64,000 nt of DNA from Firmicutes bacterium ADurb.Bin182 (GCA_002070205.1 MWCU01000054.1:11968-75967), one strand, 5' to 3'; counted from the stretch's first letter, positions 8,351 to 17,515 are shown. A program made the numbers and translations. Notes: generated by a model from the letters alone, not told the origin.

Positions 8351-9578
8351 TAAATGTTGATGATATCAGCCGAATCATATATAATAAGCCGCAGGCAACT
8401 TATTCCAATCAAACGCAAAGGAAACTTTTATGATCGCATATGCGGTTAAAGCGGGTACACGATGTTCAGAGAAATGAGAAGGCACAAACAATTACTGCCG
8501 ACCGATGAGGTGGCAGCGGTAATGGCAAGATGCACGAATGGAGTCCTTGCCTGCGCGGGCGACGACGGTTATCCGTATGCGGTTCCGTTGAGCTATGTAT
8601 ATCATAAAAATAAAATCTATTTTCATTCCGCAAAGGCAGGCCATAAAATCGATTCTATAAAAAGGGATCCCAAGGTTTCATTCGCGGTCGTCGACGAAGA
8701 TACGATAGTCAGTGAGGAATACACGACTTATTATCGCAGCGTCATCGCTTTCGGCAAAGCAAGGATAGCCGAAGGAGCCGAAAGGCTCGAAGCTTTTCGG
8801 GCTTTAGTCGAAAAATATTCGGGCGACCAGCCCGAAGAATCCAAGCGTGAGAAAACGGAAGGGTGTTCGCAATCAGATATCGTCGCAATCGATATCGAGC
8901 ACATGACCGGCAAGCAAGCTATCGAATACGCCGCGAAAAAATAAACGCAACCGGTCTATCGCCGGCTGCTGCGCAAATAAAGGGGAGTTAAAAAATGAAA
9001 GAAATAGAATCGAACAAGCACTCATGGAGCCAAATTTCCGAGGATCATTATTACGCATTCAAAGCGCGATTCAAAGAAGGAACTCAATTTTTCAATTATT
9101 ACATAAAACGGGAGCTCGGGGACATCACGGGCAAGGATATCATCCACCTTCAATGCAACACGGGCGCGGATACGATACTTTTAGCGCAGATGGGAGCTGA
9201 GCACGTAACGGGAGTGGACTTGGTTCCCGAGAATATTTATTACGCAAAAAAGCTTGCTTCCGATCTAAATGTGACAAACGTTGATTTTTTTGAATCCGAT
9301 ATCATGACTTTATCGCAAAAATACAATAAAAAGCACGATATGGTATTCACTTCGGAAGGTGCGCTCGTGTGGCTTCCGGACATGGAAGTCTGGGCGAAAA
9401 CTGTACGCTCCCTTTTAAACGATACCGGATATCTTTATGTTTTCGATTCTCATCCGTTTTTCTTAATGCTGGACGAAGAAAAACTCGATAAGCAGATTTA
9501 CGATATAAAGTATCCCTACTTTAAAAAAACGCCCGACTTCGATACGACTATAGGCGGCTACGCTTCGGAGCGCAAGGG
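8351..9578 (+). repeat. segmental duplication, copy 2
   Basis: See 3126-4351. Confidence 0.9.
8462..8944 (+). CDS. pyridoxamine 5'-phosphate oxidase family protein, copy 2
   Basis: Differs from copy 1 only in the first ~18 residues (MFREMRRHKQLLPTDEVAAV versus MFSEMRRSKQLMSNGDAEAV). Confidence 0.8.
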   Translation: MFREMRRHKQLLPTDEVAAVMARCTNGVLACAGDDGYPYAVPLSYVYHKNKIYFHSAKAGHKIDSIKRDPKVSFAVVDEDTIVSEEYTTYYRSVIAFGKARIAEGAERLEAFRALVEKYSGDQPEESKREKTEGCSQSDIVAIDIEHMTGKQAIEYAAKK

Positions 9579-9795
9579 CGGAGTCGAGTCTTATTGCTGG
9601 ATGTTTACGGTTTCAGATATTATTAATTCACTGATAAGGGCCGGCATGCGCATCGACTTCTTTAACGAATTTACGGAGAATTTTTATGATGTCGGCAATA
9701 TGAAAAAGTCTGATAAAGAAGGTTTACTGATATACGAATACAACCGTGATAAATATCCGATGTCCTTCAGCCTGAAGGCTTCGGTCAACGCTTAA
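8995..9795 (+). CDS. class I SAM-dependent methyltransferase, full length
   Basis: 266 aa with a Rossmann SAM-binding motif. This is the intact counterpart of 3768-4427. Confidence 0.8.
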   Translation: MKEIESNKHSWSQISEDHYYAFKARFKEGTQFFNYYIKRELGDITGKDIIHLQCNTGADTILLAQMGAEHVTGVDLVPENIYYAKKLASDLNVTNVDFFESDIMTLSQKYNKKHDMVFTSEGALVWLPDMEVWAKTVRSLLNDTGYLYVFDSHPFFLMLDEEKLDKQIYDIKYPYFKKTPDFDTTIGGYASERKGGVESYCWMFTVSDIINSLIRAGMRIDFFNEFTENFYDVGNMKKSDKEGLLIYEYNRDKYPMSFSLKASVNA

Positions 9796-9848
9796 GCATA
9801 TTATCTTCGGCAGCAGCCCGAACCGAATAAATCCAATAAAGCATTAAA

Positions 9849-9881
9849 ACTGCCGGAACCTTTACAACATGCTCCGGCAGT
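9849..9881 (-). terminator. hairpin terminator shared by convergent genes
   Basis: ACTGCCGGA ... TCCGGCAGT 9-bp stem, followed by TTTTAAT on the minus strand. Confidence 0.5.
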
Positions 9882-9980
9882 GTGTTCAGCAAGACGAAAG
9901 AATCATCTTTGTCTTTCCAGAAAGAAAAAAGAATCGTTCCCTTTGTCTTTTATCTTACCGCGGATCCACATAATTTGCGT

Positions 9981-11135
9981 CTACTTCTTTTTCTGCTTGA
10001 GCAGTATAAAAATCAGCACGGCTATTGCCAGCAGCAGCGCGGCGATTATGATGATAAGCAGAATGAGCGTTATACCCAGGGGAGCCTGCGCTCCTGCTAC
10101 CGCAGGCAGCGGCGAGGGCGAGGCCTCAAGCGTGGGAACGGGCGTATCTTGCGGCAGTTCGGGAGTCGGCGAAACAGCCGCCGCGGGCGCAGTTGAAGCT
10201 GCGCCGGACTCAGGAGTAACCGTGGCTGTGGGCGGCGCTGCCGTATGCGTTTCCCGGGGGCGCTCGGTGGGCCGCTCGGTGGGCCGTACAGTGGGACTTA
10301 CTGTTGCCCGCGGGGCTTCCGTTACGGTATAAACTATGCTGTAGTTGCTGCCGCCATAGTTGACCCCGGCGAGCGAGTATTTGAGACTGCAGTTGATGCG
10401 CAGCCTGTCGGTGATATCCTGCTCCGTCAGCGTATAGCTGAAGGGTACGGTTACCGACTCTCCCAGGTTAAGGTCCCCGAAATCGCGTGCAGGCATGAAG
10501 TGATTTTCAGCCCCGTTCACATCGACTATGACGGCCACGTTCAGGTTTTTGATGACCATGCCGTCTGCGGTACTGACGTTGTCTATGTAGATGTTTCCGG
10601 ACAGCGTATCCCCCGTATGCAGTGTGCTGCGGCGCGGAGTCAAATCGTATGTAAGGCGGTACGGGACACCCGAGCCCCGCATGGTGAAGTTCTCCGTTTG
10701 CATGCCATCCGGATTGGCATCGCCATCGTTGTTGATGGCGACCAATAGCACGCGCTGAGTATTGATGTCGCTTCCGGTGAAACGTATGTTATCAAATACC
10801 AGCTTTTTCTCTTCCCCGGGCGCTATAGTGCCTTCCCAATGCTCCGAAAATCCGTCTTTTAAGTTGATGACGACATCGACCTTGGTTATGTTCGCCGTGC
10901 CCTCGTTCTTCACGCGCAGTATCAGCCTTACATACCCGCCTATGTGCCCCAGGCCGCCCGGATAGAAGTCATAAGTCATCGAAAAATCGTCGTTGGCCGC
11001 AAGCGCGGTAACCGGCGGCAGCTGCGCGGACAACAGCAGTGCCGCGAACAGCAATGAAACAAGTCTGGCTGCGGCAGCTTTCCAGGCAAGTTTCGGCATA
11101 TGCATTTGAATAAAATATTTGCGTTTCATTTTCAT
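9981..11135 (-). CDS. secreted CARDB-like repeat protein with Pro/Thr-rich stalk and C-terminal TM anchor
   Basis: Signal peptide ...PPVTALA. Two or three beta-sandwich-like modules (RVKNEGTANITKVDVVINL...PGEEKKL). PT-rich linker, then LILLIIIIAALLLAIAVLIFILL-KQKKK. ATG 11135 follows AAAGGGG. Confidence 0.65.
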   Translation of the reverse strand: MKMKRKYFIQMHMPKLAWKAAAARLVSLLFAALLLSAQLPPVTALAANDDFSMTYDFYPGGLGHIGGYVRLILRVKNEGTANITKVDVVINLKDGFSEHWEGTIAPGEEKKLVFDNIRFTGSDINTQRVLLVAINNDGDANPDGMQTENFTMRGSGVPYRLTYDLTPRRSTLHTGDTLSGNIYIDNVSTADGMVIKNLNVAVIVDVNGAENHFMPARDFGDLNLGESVTVPFSYTLTEQDITDRLRINCSLKYSLAGVNYGGSNYSIVYTVTEAPRATVSPTVRPTERPTERPRETHTAAPPTATVTPESGAASTAPAAAVSPTPELPQDTPVPTLEASPSPLPAVAGAQAPLGITLILLIIIIAALLLAIAVLIFILLKQKKK

Positions 11136-11399
11136 GTGGGCCCCTTTCAAGATGTGAGTGGGTCTTATAACCGCTTATGTGCGGCTGCGTCTTTTACTTT
11201 TCACCAATAGCAATATGTTAAGAGCGGCGGCGGGCAGACAAGTACGCCGATAATGAGCTGTATCCTGACCGGAATAAAGCTTATATATTAAACTATATGA
11301 TATATTGAAAAATATGAAATAAACCGGTGTTAGGTTTTATGGAATATTTTTATTTATTTTGATATACTGCACATATAAACCTGTCGGGAGGGTCCGAAG

Positions 11400-13943
11400 T
11401 TGTCTGGACCAGTCAGGCTCCTGTGTCCTCCGGTAGTTACGGTTACGGCGTTTGAGCGCTTTGAAATCAACAAAGCCATTGACGGCGCGCTGAAAAAGGA
11501 CGTCGCGTATATCCATGCTCCCGCAGGTTTCGGCAAGACGGTTGCCATGAGCATGTGGCTTGCAAGGAAGCAATGCAATGCGGCATGGATACCTTTCACA
11601 GTATATGACGACAGCCCTTCTGTTTTTTGTCGTTATCTTATAACGGCGCTTTTTAAACTTGAGGCCGGGTTGGCCCTATGTGCCCGCGATGTCCTAAATA
11701 ATCCCGGGTTTGATTCCGCGCCGTTCGAGTATCTCTTTAAAGCGCTTGCTTCAACAGCGGGCAGCGCTTATGGCGGCATAATTGTGCTCGATGATTTCCA
11801 CCAGATTCAAAACGAGGCAATACTCAAGGCTATGCCCATGATTATAAAAAAGCTGTTGCCGACGCATAAGTTCGCCATACTTAGCAGGCTGAAGCCGCCG
11901 GCGACGTTTTCCGATATGGCGGTCAAGCATCTGATAGGGGAGGTCACGGAGCACGAGCTGCGCTTTACAAGGCTGCAGATAGTCAGGCTTTACAAAGCCT
12001 GCGGGATAGAGCTAAGCCCGGCCGACGCGGCGGAAATCGAGGCCAAAACAGGCGGGTGGGCGCTGGGGCTGGGCGCGCGGCTAATATTCGGAAAATCAGA
12101 CAAAACGGAAAGCATGTACTGTGGAGATTCGGGCCGGCAATACATCAGCCAATACCTGAAAAATGAGATTTGGGACAAATGGGATGACAGCACACGCGAA
12201 TTCCTGATAAAGACCTCTATGTTGGAAGACTTGCCGGTCGAGCTGTGCGACACGCTGTGCAATTGCGATAGCAGGCAAACGCTGACTGCGCTTGCGGAAA
12301 GCAGCGGCCTGGTAATACGGCTCTCGGACGGATTATACAGATACCACCATATACTGCGCGATTTCCTGAGGCAACAGGCGGCAGAGTCGCGCGCCGCGCT
12401 TTCGCGCTGTTACGTCATTGCTGCGGACTATATGCACAAAAAGGGGAAGCTTCCGGCAGCGCTCGATTATTATAAGAAAAGCGCGGACAGCGAGGCGTTA
12501 AGCGCATTTTTATACAGCATATTTGATTATGATAATATGAATTCAAGCATAGAGGACATATACGATTCCTTTCTGTTTTTAAAAGAATTGCCCGCTGAAA
12601 CAATAGAAAACGATTTGCCGCTGCTGACATTGTACGCATGCATAAGCTATACCGGCGGCAATTTTGGGCAATTTAAGTCCGGCATGGCAAGGCTTAACGC
12701 TTACATGGAGAATTGTACGAATGTCAGTCCGAGGACGGTGGCCGGCGCGTTGCTGTTGCAATTTGCCAATCCGCTTATTCCGGCCCGCGAGATCGAGATA
12801 AAGGAAATATTCGGTAAATTTGAATTGCAAAGTATACCCGCCCTGTCCATCACGTTTAATCTTCCGTATCTGCACCGCAGCCACAGGGATTATTCGGATA
12901 TTGCAAACGACTGGGCTGAAACTGTGCCCGTGCTTGCAGAACGATTCAAAGCGATAGCGGGGGATATCATAGACATTTATATGAATGGGGTAGCGGGCGG
13001 CCTGCTCTATGAGCAGAACAAACTTGCGAGAGCGAGGGAGTACATGCTGAAAGCCCACAGCCGGCTTGCGGATAAAATAAATCCCGAGCTCAGGTTCGCG
13101 GTTCAGATGCACATAGCTTTGATATTTTTTGCGGAGGGTGATGAAAAAAACGCCTGGGACGCAATTGCTGCTGCGCAGGTGATGATGGACAACAGCAGCG
13201 CTTTATATCATGCAAAGAATTTAAATGCCATAATCACCAAATACCGCTTATATAAGGGCGACATTAATGCGGCAAGGGAATGGCTTTCAAGCTATATGGT
13301 AAGCGATACCGATAAGGTTACCTTGTTTCAATTATACCAGATATTGACAACTATACGCGCCAAAATTACTTTGGGCGAATTTGCTTCCGCGCTTATGCTC
13401 ATATCCAGCGCCGAACGAATCGCCGTTGATTTTTGCAGGCCGCTGGATGAAATAGAATTATATATACTGCGCGCTGTTGTGTACTGGAAAGAAAAAAGAC
13501 GAAGCAGTGCCGTCGATGCCATGGAGAAGGCCGTAATGCTTGCGAAGCCTTATGGCTATATCAGGCTGTTTGCAAACGAAGGCGCCGCGGTCATAACCAT
13601 GCTTCAGAAGCTGTACGGCAAAGTTTCCGCTGTTGCGGCAGAACCGGAACTGTTATGTTTTATACACGAGCTGATTATCTGCGCCAGTGAAAATGCGGAA
13701 GTTTATCCCGGGATGGCGTCAAGCGCGGAGGAGGAACTTGTTAAGCTGTCAAAGCAGCAGGCAATAATGCTTTCGCATATAGCCGGTGGAAAAAACATCC
13801 AGCAGATATGTAAAGCAACCGGATTAAAGCGCAATACGGTAAAAGCGCATTTGTATAAACTTTATGAGAAGCTGGAGGTAAATAACGCGACCGAGGCTGT
13901 GCTTAAAGCCTACCGAATCAAGCTGCTGGAGAAAAAGGAGTAA
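11400..13943 (+). CDS. MalT-like LuxR-family regulator (STAND ATPase + TPR-like region + C-terminal LuxR HTH)
   Basis: Walker A HAPAGFGKT and Walker B IIVLDDFH. C-terminal LSKQQAIMLSHIAGGKNIQQICKATGLKRNTVKAHLYKLYEKLEV. TTG start behind GGGAGGG. Confidence 0.8.
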   Translation: MSGPVRLLCPPVVTVTAFERFEINKAIDGALKKDVAYIHAPAGFGKTVAMSMWLARKQCNAAWIPFTVYDDSPSVFCRYLITALFKLEAGLALCARDVLNNPGFDSAPFEYLFKALASTAGSAYGGIIVLDDFHQIQNEAILKAMPMIIKKLLPTHKFAILSRLKPPATFSDMAVKHLIGEVTEHELRFTRLQIVRLYKACGIELSPADAAEIEAKTGGWALGLGARLIFGKSDKTESMYCGDSGRQYISQYLKNEIWDKWDDSTREFLIKTSMLEDLPVELCDTLCNCDSRQTLTALAESSGLVIRLSDGLYRYHHILRDFLRQQAAESRAALSRCYVIAADYMHKKGKLPAALDYYKKSADSEALSAFLYSIFDYDNMNSSIEDIYDSFLFLKELPAETIENDLPLLTLYACISYTGGNFGQFKSGMARLNAYMENCTNVSPRTVAGALLLQFANPLIPAREIEIKEIFGKFELQSIPALSITFNLPYLHRSHRDYSDIANDWAETVPVLAERFKAIAGDIIDIYMNGVAGGLLYEQNKLARAREYMLKAHSRLADKINPELRFAVQMHIALIFFAEGDEKNAWDAIAAAQVMMDNSSALYHAKNLNAIITKYRLYKGDINAAREWLSSYMVSDTDKVTLFQLYQILTTIRAKITLGEFASALMLISSAERIAVDFCRPLDEIELYILRAVVYWKEKRRSSAVDAMEKAVMLAKPYGYIRLFANEGAAVITMLQKLYGKVSAVAAEPELLCFIHELIICASENAEVYPGMASSAEEELVKLSKQQAIMLSHIAGGKNIQQICKATGLKRNTVKAHLYKLYEKLEVNNATEAVLKAYRIKLLEKKE

Positions 13944-14175
13944 CCAAAAGGTATCCTTCAAATTGAAATATATTAGATGTAAAAGGCCGCCTGACAAGCT
14001 GCTCGTCGTATTCCATAAAGTTAATAAATATCATGTAAAAAACAGATAAGCTGTGGTATTTTATTAATCCCATCAACTCGAGCATTGTTGAGTGTGTCGT
14101 TTTGATTGCAAGAGCATAAGCCTTTATAGTTTTATTTGTATGCAGCTTATTTATATTTGTTTGAGGTAAACAGTA

Positions 14176-14646
14176 ATGACAGAACACGACAAAGTGAGAT
14201 TCGAAACTGTAAAATTTATGCGTGGTAAATATCGATTGGATGAGGTTGCGGGAATGTATTACGACATCCCTTGTCTGAAGTTTCGGCAAGGAAAGAAAAC
14301 CATTGTGTCCATAAATCTGTACGATGATCATTACGATTTTCAAATTGTTCTCGGGAAAGCCGAAAGAGAAAAATTTGAAGCAGTAAAGCATGAGTTCCCG
14401 CTCGAGATACAAGAACTTTATGACCGTGAACGCACCCTGCACGACGGCAAATGGCTCTTAATTCGTGTTGCCGATTTGAAAACTTTGGAAGCTGTCAAAA
14501 AGCTGATACTTATTAAGAAAAAACCAAACCGTAGCCTTTTTCAAAAGAAAATGCCGTGCATAGCAAATGCGGACATCGCTGCGATTTATGTGTGCATTAC
14601 ACCGGCATTACCGAAGAATTCAGAGAAATGCCAATTCCGCATCTGA
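14176..14646 (+). CDS. DUF3788-like protein (possibly the N-terminal half of a frameshifted fusion)
   Basis: GAGGT RBS. The conserved-looking sequence ends at ...LILIKKKPNR, and the remaining 35 residues look like out-of-frame read-through. Confidence 0.5.
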   Translation: MTEHDKVRFETVKFMRGKYRLDEVAGMYYDIPCLKFRQGKKTIVSINLYDDHYDFQIVLGKAEREKFEAVKHEFPLEIQELYDRERTLHDGKWLLIRVADLKTLEAVKKLILIKKKPNRSLFQKKMPCIANADIAAIYVCITPALPKNSEKCQFRI

Positions 14647-14921
14647 ATAACGTATACGGCGTATCTGATTGGGATATGCGTTGCACCGGTTGTGATACGC
14701 CCGATTGTCACTGTTATCGTGACGGGAATGAGTTATGTGAGCCGTTAAAATGTTTACATACAAAACAGCTTAATACTTGCTTTGATTGTGTAAAATATCC
14801 CTGTGAACAGGCAACCGTCGGATACAGGCAATTAGAACATAGAAATATTTCCGCCGATGATGTTACATGGGCGATTTTGCCTTATGTTCCATATCAATAC
14901 GAACAATCATACCAAAACTAA
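14556..14921 (+). CDS. Cys-rich DUF3795-like protein (possibly the C-terminal half of the same gene)
   Basis: CGHRCDLC...CTGC...C.C...C..LKC....C.DC..YPC pattern. Only a GTG start with no RBS. The frame is open from 14535 (PFSKENAVHSKCG). Confidence 0.5.
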   Translation: MHSKCGHRCDLCVHYTGITEEFREMPIPHLNNVYGVSDWDMRCTGCDTPDCHCYRDGNELCEPLKCLHTKQLNTCFDCVKYPCEQATVGYRQLEHRNISADDVTWAILPYVPYQYEQSYQN

Positions 14922-15015
14922 TCAAGCCACACCGTTTACGGGAATACAAATGTCGGGTGTTAAACCGGTTGCCTTGATTCTTCACATAATATTGATGATG
15001 ACGTTGTTCTGCCTT

Positions 15016-16446
15016 TTATTTCATGGGATAAGCCGCCGTAACAGCCGCCCATTCCTTCGGCGTGAACATTGCGCGCACATCTCGGCCGGAGGCATCGGTA
15101 AGCAGGTCTAAGAACACTTTAAGTTTTTTGGCGTCGGTAGTGCCTTCTTTCAGTTCAGGAAATTCGCGGAAAACGGTCTTAAAGCTGTCCCAACCGATCT
15201 CCTGGGCAATTTCCGTAAGCTTTGCGATCATTTCCCAAACACCGTAGCCGTCCTCCAAACGCCCCCCCAACTCACGCGCCGCTTTAAGAACCTCCAAGCC
15301 ACGGAAGGAAGTATTTGAGCTGTATTCGGATGGGGTTGCGCAAATGCTGTTAATATCCATTACATAGAACAGCTTTATGTCAGTCATGACTTCGCAGTTG
15401 AAATCCCAGCTGTGGCCGTCATCGAAAAGGTGGCCCATTTCGTGCAGTACGCCAAAGTTCCAGTCTCCCGGTTCCCGCGCTGCCATTTTGCTCAGGTCTT
15501 CGTACATTGATTTGCTGTCTATGCAGATTTCGTTGGTGCCGGGTGAATAAAACCCCCAGTATTTTTGATGCTCGTTTGCTTGAACCAAAACGGTGTCATA
15601 TTTTGCATAACCGGTCAACTCAGCATAGGAGTCGTATGCATTTTCTAAATCATCCGCCCATTTCTGCAGTCGATCCATACTGATTACCTTTAAAATCCGT
15701 TGTTCCAGAATAATGGTTACAATACCGCGCCCACCCTTCACCTCGATAGGTAACTTAGCCATATTTTGCAGTTGTACAGTCCAAACGTCGCGATCACCGA
15801 TGGCCTTGCGGCGGGTGATAAAGAAACCTCTGTCATTGGATGCTAAAACATACTTAGGTTCCTCGGCGGATACGATAATGTATTCACCAGGCGCATACTC
15901 CTCAAACTGCCAGTGTTGTGCGGTATTGCCGGTATCTTCCCAAAGCTTAACCTTGTTGCCGTTGTTATACCGTGCATTGTCAATATCCAGCATTTTCAGG
16001 CGGAGTGAATCTTTCACAATGTGCCAGCCATCTTCTTGCCCGGCAGGTCTAAAGTACCAGTTATAGGCTTGATCTGAAAGGCAAAGATTATCTTCGAAAC
16101 AGTTTAGATATTGACCTGTGCGGTTTTTGAGGGTAAACACGCCGTAGCTGCAGGGAACGTTTGCGGGGTGGTACGGTGTGGGCTCAAGTACGGGCTCAGG
16201 CGTAGACTCAGGTGTGCGCACGGGTGTGGGTGTGAGTATGAGCGTGAGTGTAGGTTGCCCGGGTTGTGACTGTTCTTTATCGGGTTCCGACTCTGTAGTT
16301 TGTGACATTGACTCTTGCTGCGTTTGTTCAGGTGCAGCGCAGCCTGCAAAACCAACGGTTATGGCTAGCGCCAAAACTAGTGCCGTTAGGTGAAGGATTA
16401 TCGAACTTTTCTTCCGGATAACGCTATTGTGTTGCACTTTTTTCAT
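15016..16446 (-). CDS. lipoprotein with ricin-type beta-trefoil lectin domain and HEXXH zinc-metallopeptidase domain
   Basis: Lipobox VGFAGC. PT-rich linker. QxW motifs (AQHWQF). VLHEMGHLFD zincin motif. Confidence 0.65.
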   Translation of the reverse strand: MKKVQHNSVIRKKSSIILHLTALVLALAITVGFAGCAAPEQTQQESMSQTTESEPDKEQSQPGQPTLTLILTPTPVRTPESTPEPVLEPTPYHPANVPCSYGVFTLKNRTGQYLNCFEDNLCLSDQAYNWYFRPAGQEDGWHIVKDSLRLKMLDIDNARYNNGNKVKLWEDTGNTAQHWQFEEYAPGEYIIVSAEEPKYVLASNDRGFFITRRKAIGDRDVWTVQLQNMAKLPIEVKGGRGIVTIILEQRILKVISMDRLQKWADDLENAYDSYAELTGYAKYDTVLVQANEHQKYWGFYSPGTNEICIDSKSMYEDLSKMAAREPGDWNFGVLHEMGHLFDDGHSWDFNCEVMTDIKLFYVMDINSICATPSEYSSNTSFRGLEVLKAARELGGRLEDGYGVWEMIAKLTEIAQEIGWDSFKTVFREFPELKEGTTDAKKLKVFLDLLTDASGRDVRAMFTPKEWAAVTAAYPMK

Positions 16447-16693
16447 GACTTGATCTCCATATTCCTGTTAGACGCTATTAAACAGACTATATTTTTCAAA
16501 AGGAAAATTCCTCCTGGTTGATATTCCCGAAAAGAAACAATTTTTGGGAAGTTACCTGCATGAAAGAAACATACTTATGTGCAGTATGGGTGATGACGCT
16601 TGAAAAAAATACTTGTTGCCCTACCTAATGCTGGGTAAGACCAATTAAACGTTTGTTTATAGCAGAGCGCGATACCCGCTTTTTAGAATAGTA

Positions 16694-16722
16694 TTGTACT
16701 AGATTATTGTCAAGGGTATAAT
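16694..16722 (+). promoter_or_regulatory. orphan sigma70-like promoter with no downstream CDS
   Basis: TTGTAC, 17-nt spacer, TATAAT. The next gene downstream is on the opposite strand. Confidence 0.3.
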
Positions 16723-16998
16723 AACACACTAAAGAAGCAGGAGGACGGCAGACGGGAGCTGCTGCTAACTCCCCTGCTTTGCGATTATGAAGCAGCCGAT
16801 ATGTTCCCCTATACGGAACGCAAATAACGCTTCAACCGGCATCCATCCCGTTAACTCGAACCGAACCTTTTACGGTTACACAGAAGCCTGGTGTTCAAAA
16901 CCGGTTGCCTTGATGACTCCGGAGGCGGCAGGCGTAAAACGCGCGCCGATAGCTTTCCCGGGTCACCGGTATCCCCATTAATACTATTTGGAAAATGT

Positions 16999-17025
16999 GA
17001 AGCGCAAGAACCGACCCTGCGCTTC
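16999..17025. terminator. hairpin between the orphan transcript region and the 3' end of 17033-17404
   Basis: GAAGCGCA ... TGCGCTTC 8-bp stem, with weak T-rich flanks on both strands. Confidence 0.45.
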
Positions 17026-17032
17026 TTATGGT

Positions 17033-17404
17033 TTATTGCATTTCAGTCTCGCGCCACGCTACAGTGCCGTTTTTTATATGGTTGCGGGCAGCGACGATAT
17101 CTTTTTTCGTAATGCCAAGTTTTTTGGAATAGTACTCGACTTTCTCGCCGGTCCTCTTGATTGAACCCGAGCCTGTGATCAGGCCGATGAAGATGAATAC
17201 TATCGCGAGCAAATTGCCCGCCACACCGCCGATGCCGATCGCAAAGACCTGGCTTATAAGCAGACCGCCTAATACACATGGCAGAAACCGCGTGAATACG
17301 GCTTTAGTCGCATTCGCGCTTGCATTAATATACGCGTCAAAATCCGTCTGAGAAAAGTTCATTCCTTTTTCAAAATGTTCACGTCGGTAATCCGTCGCTT
17401 TCAT
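17033..17404 (-). CDS. hypothetical small membrane protein
   Basis: 123 aa with two adjacent hydrophobic helices in the centre. No family recognised. Confidence 0.5.
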   Translation of the reverse strand: MKATDYRREHFEKGMNFSQTDFDAYINASANATKAVFTRFLPCVLGGLLISQVFAIGIGGVAGNLLAIVFIFIGLITGSGSIKRTGEKVEYYSKKLGITKKDIVAARNHIKNGTVAWRETEMQ

Positions 17405-17515
17405 TGTAATAACCCACCCTTGTTTTGATAGCTTTATGCTGCCACATACCGTGTTTCCGCCGGATGGCAGCCCTTTATCAAAATGATTTCAGCATAAAAC
17501 CATAAAACCGGCGAG

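Noticed and set aside
9880-10332. Plus-strand ORFs of 150 and 104 aa with GRSVGRSVGRTVG repeats.
   Set aside because: They are the mirror image of the Pro/Thr-rich stalk and TM anchor of the minus-strand CARDB-like gene.
13918-14442. 174-aa minus-strand ORF.
   Set aside because: It is AT-rich, antisense to the 14176 gene and to an intergenic region, has no RBS and has an implausible Phe/Leu/Ile-rich composition.
16840-16880. GGTTCGGTTCGAGTT on the minus strand, which resembles a tRNA T-arm.
   Set aside because: No acceptor stem, anticodon arm or D-arm could be built around it.
16787-17112. Two plus-strand ORFs (64 and 73 aa) in the 16447-17032 spacer.
   Set aside because: They have no RBS and an odd composition, and the second runs through a hairpin into the neighbouring gene. 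The region is treated as non-coding.
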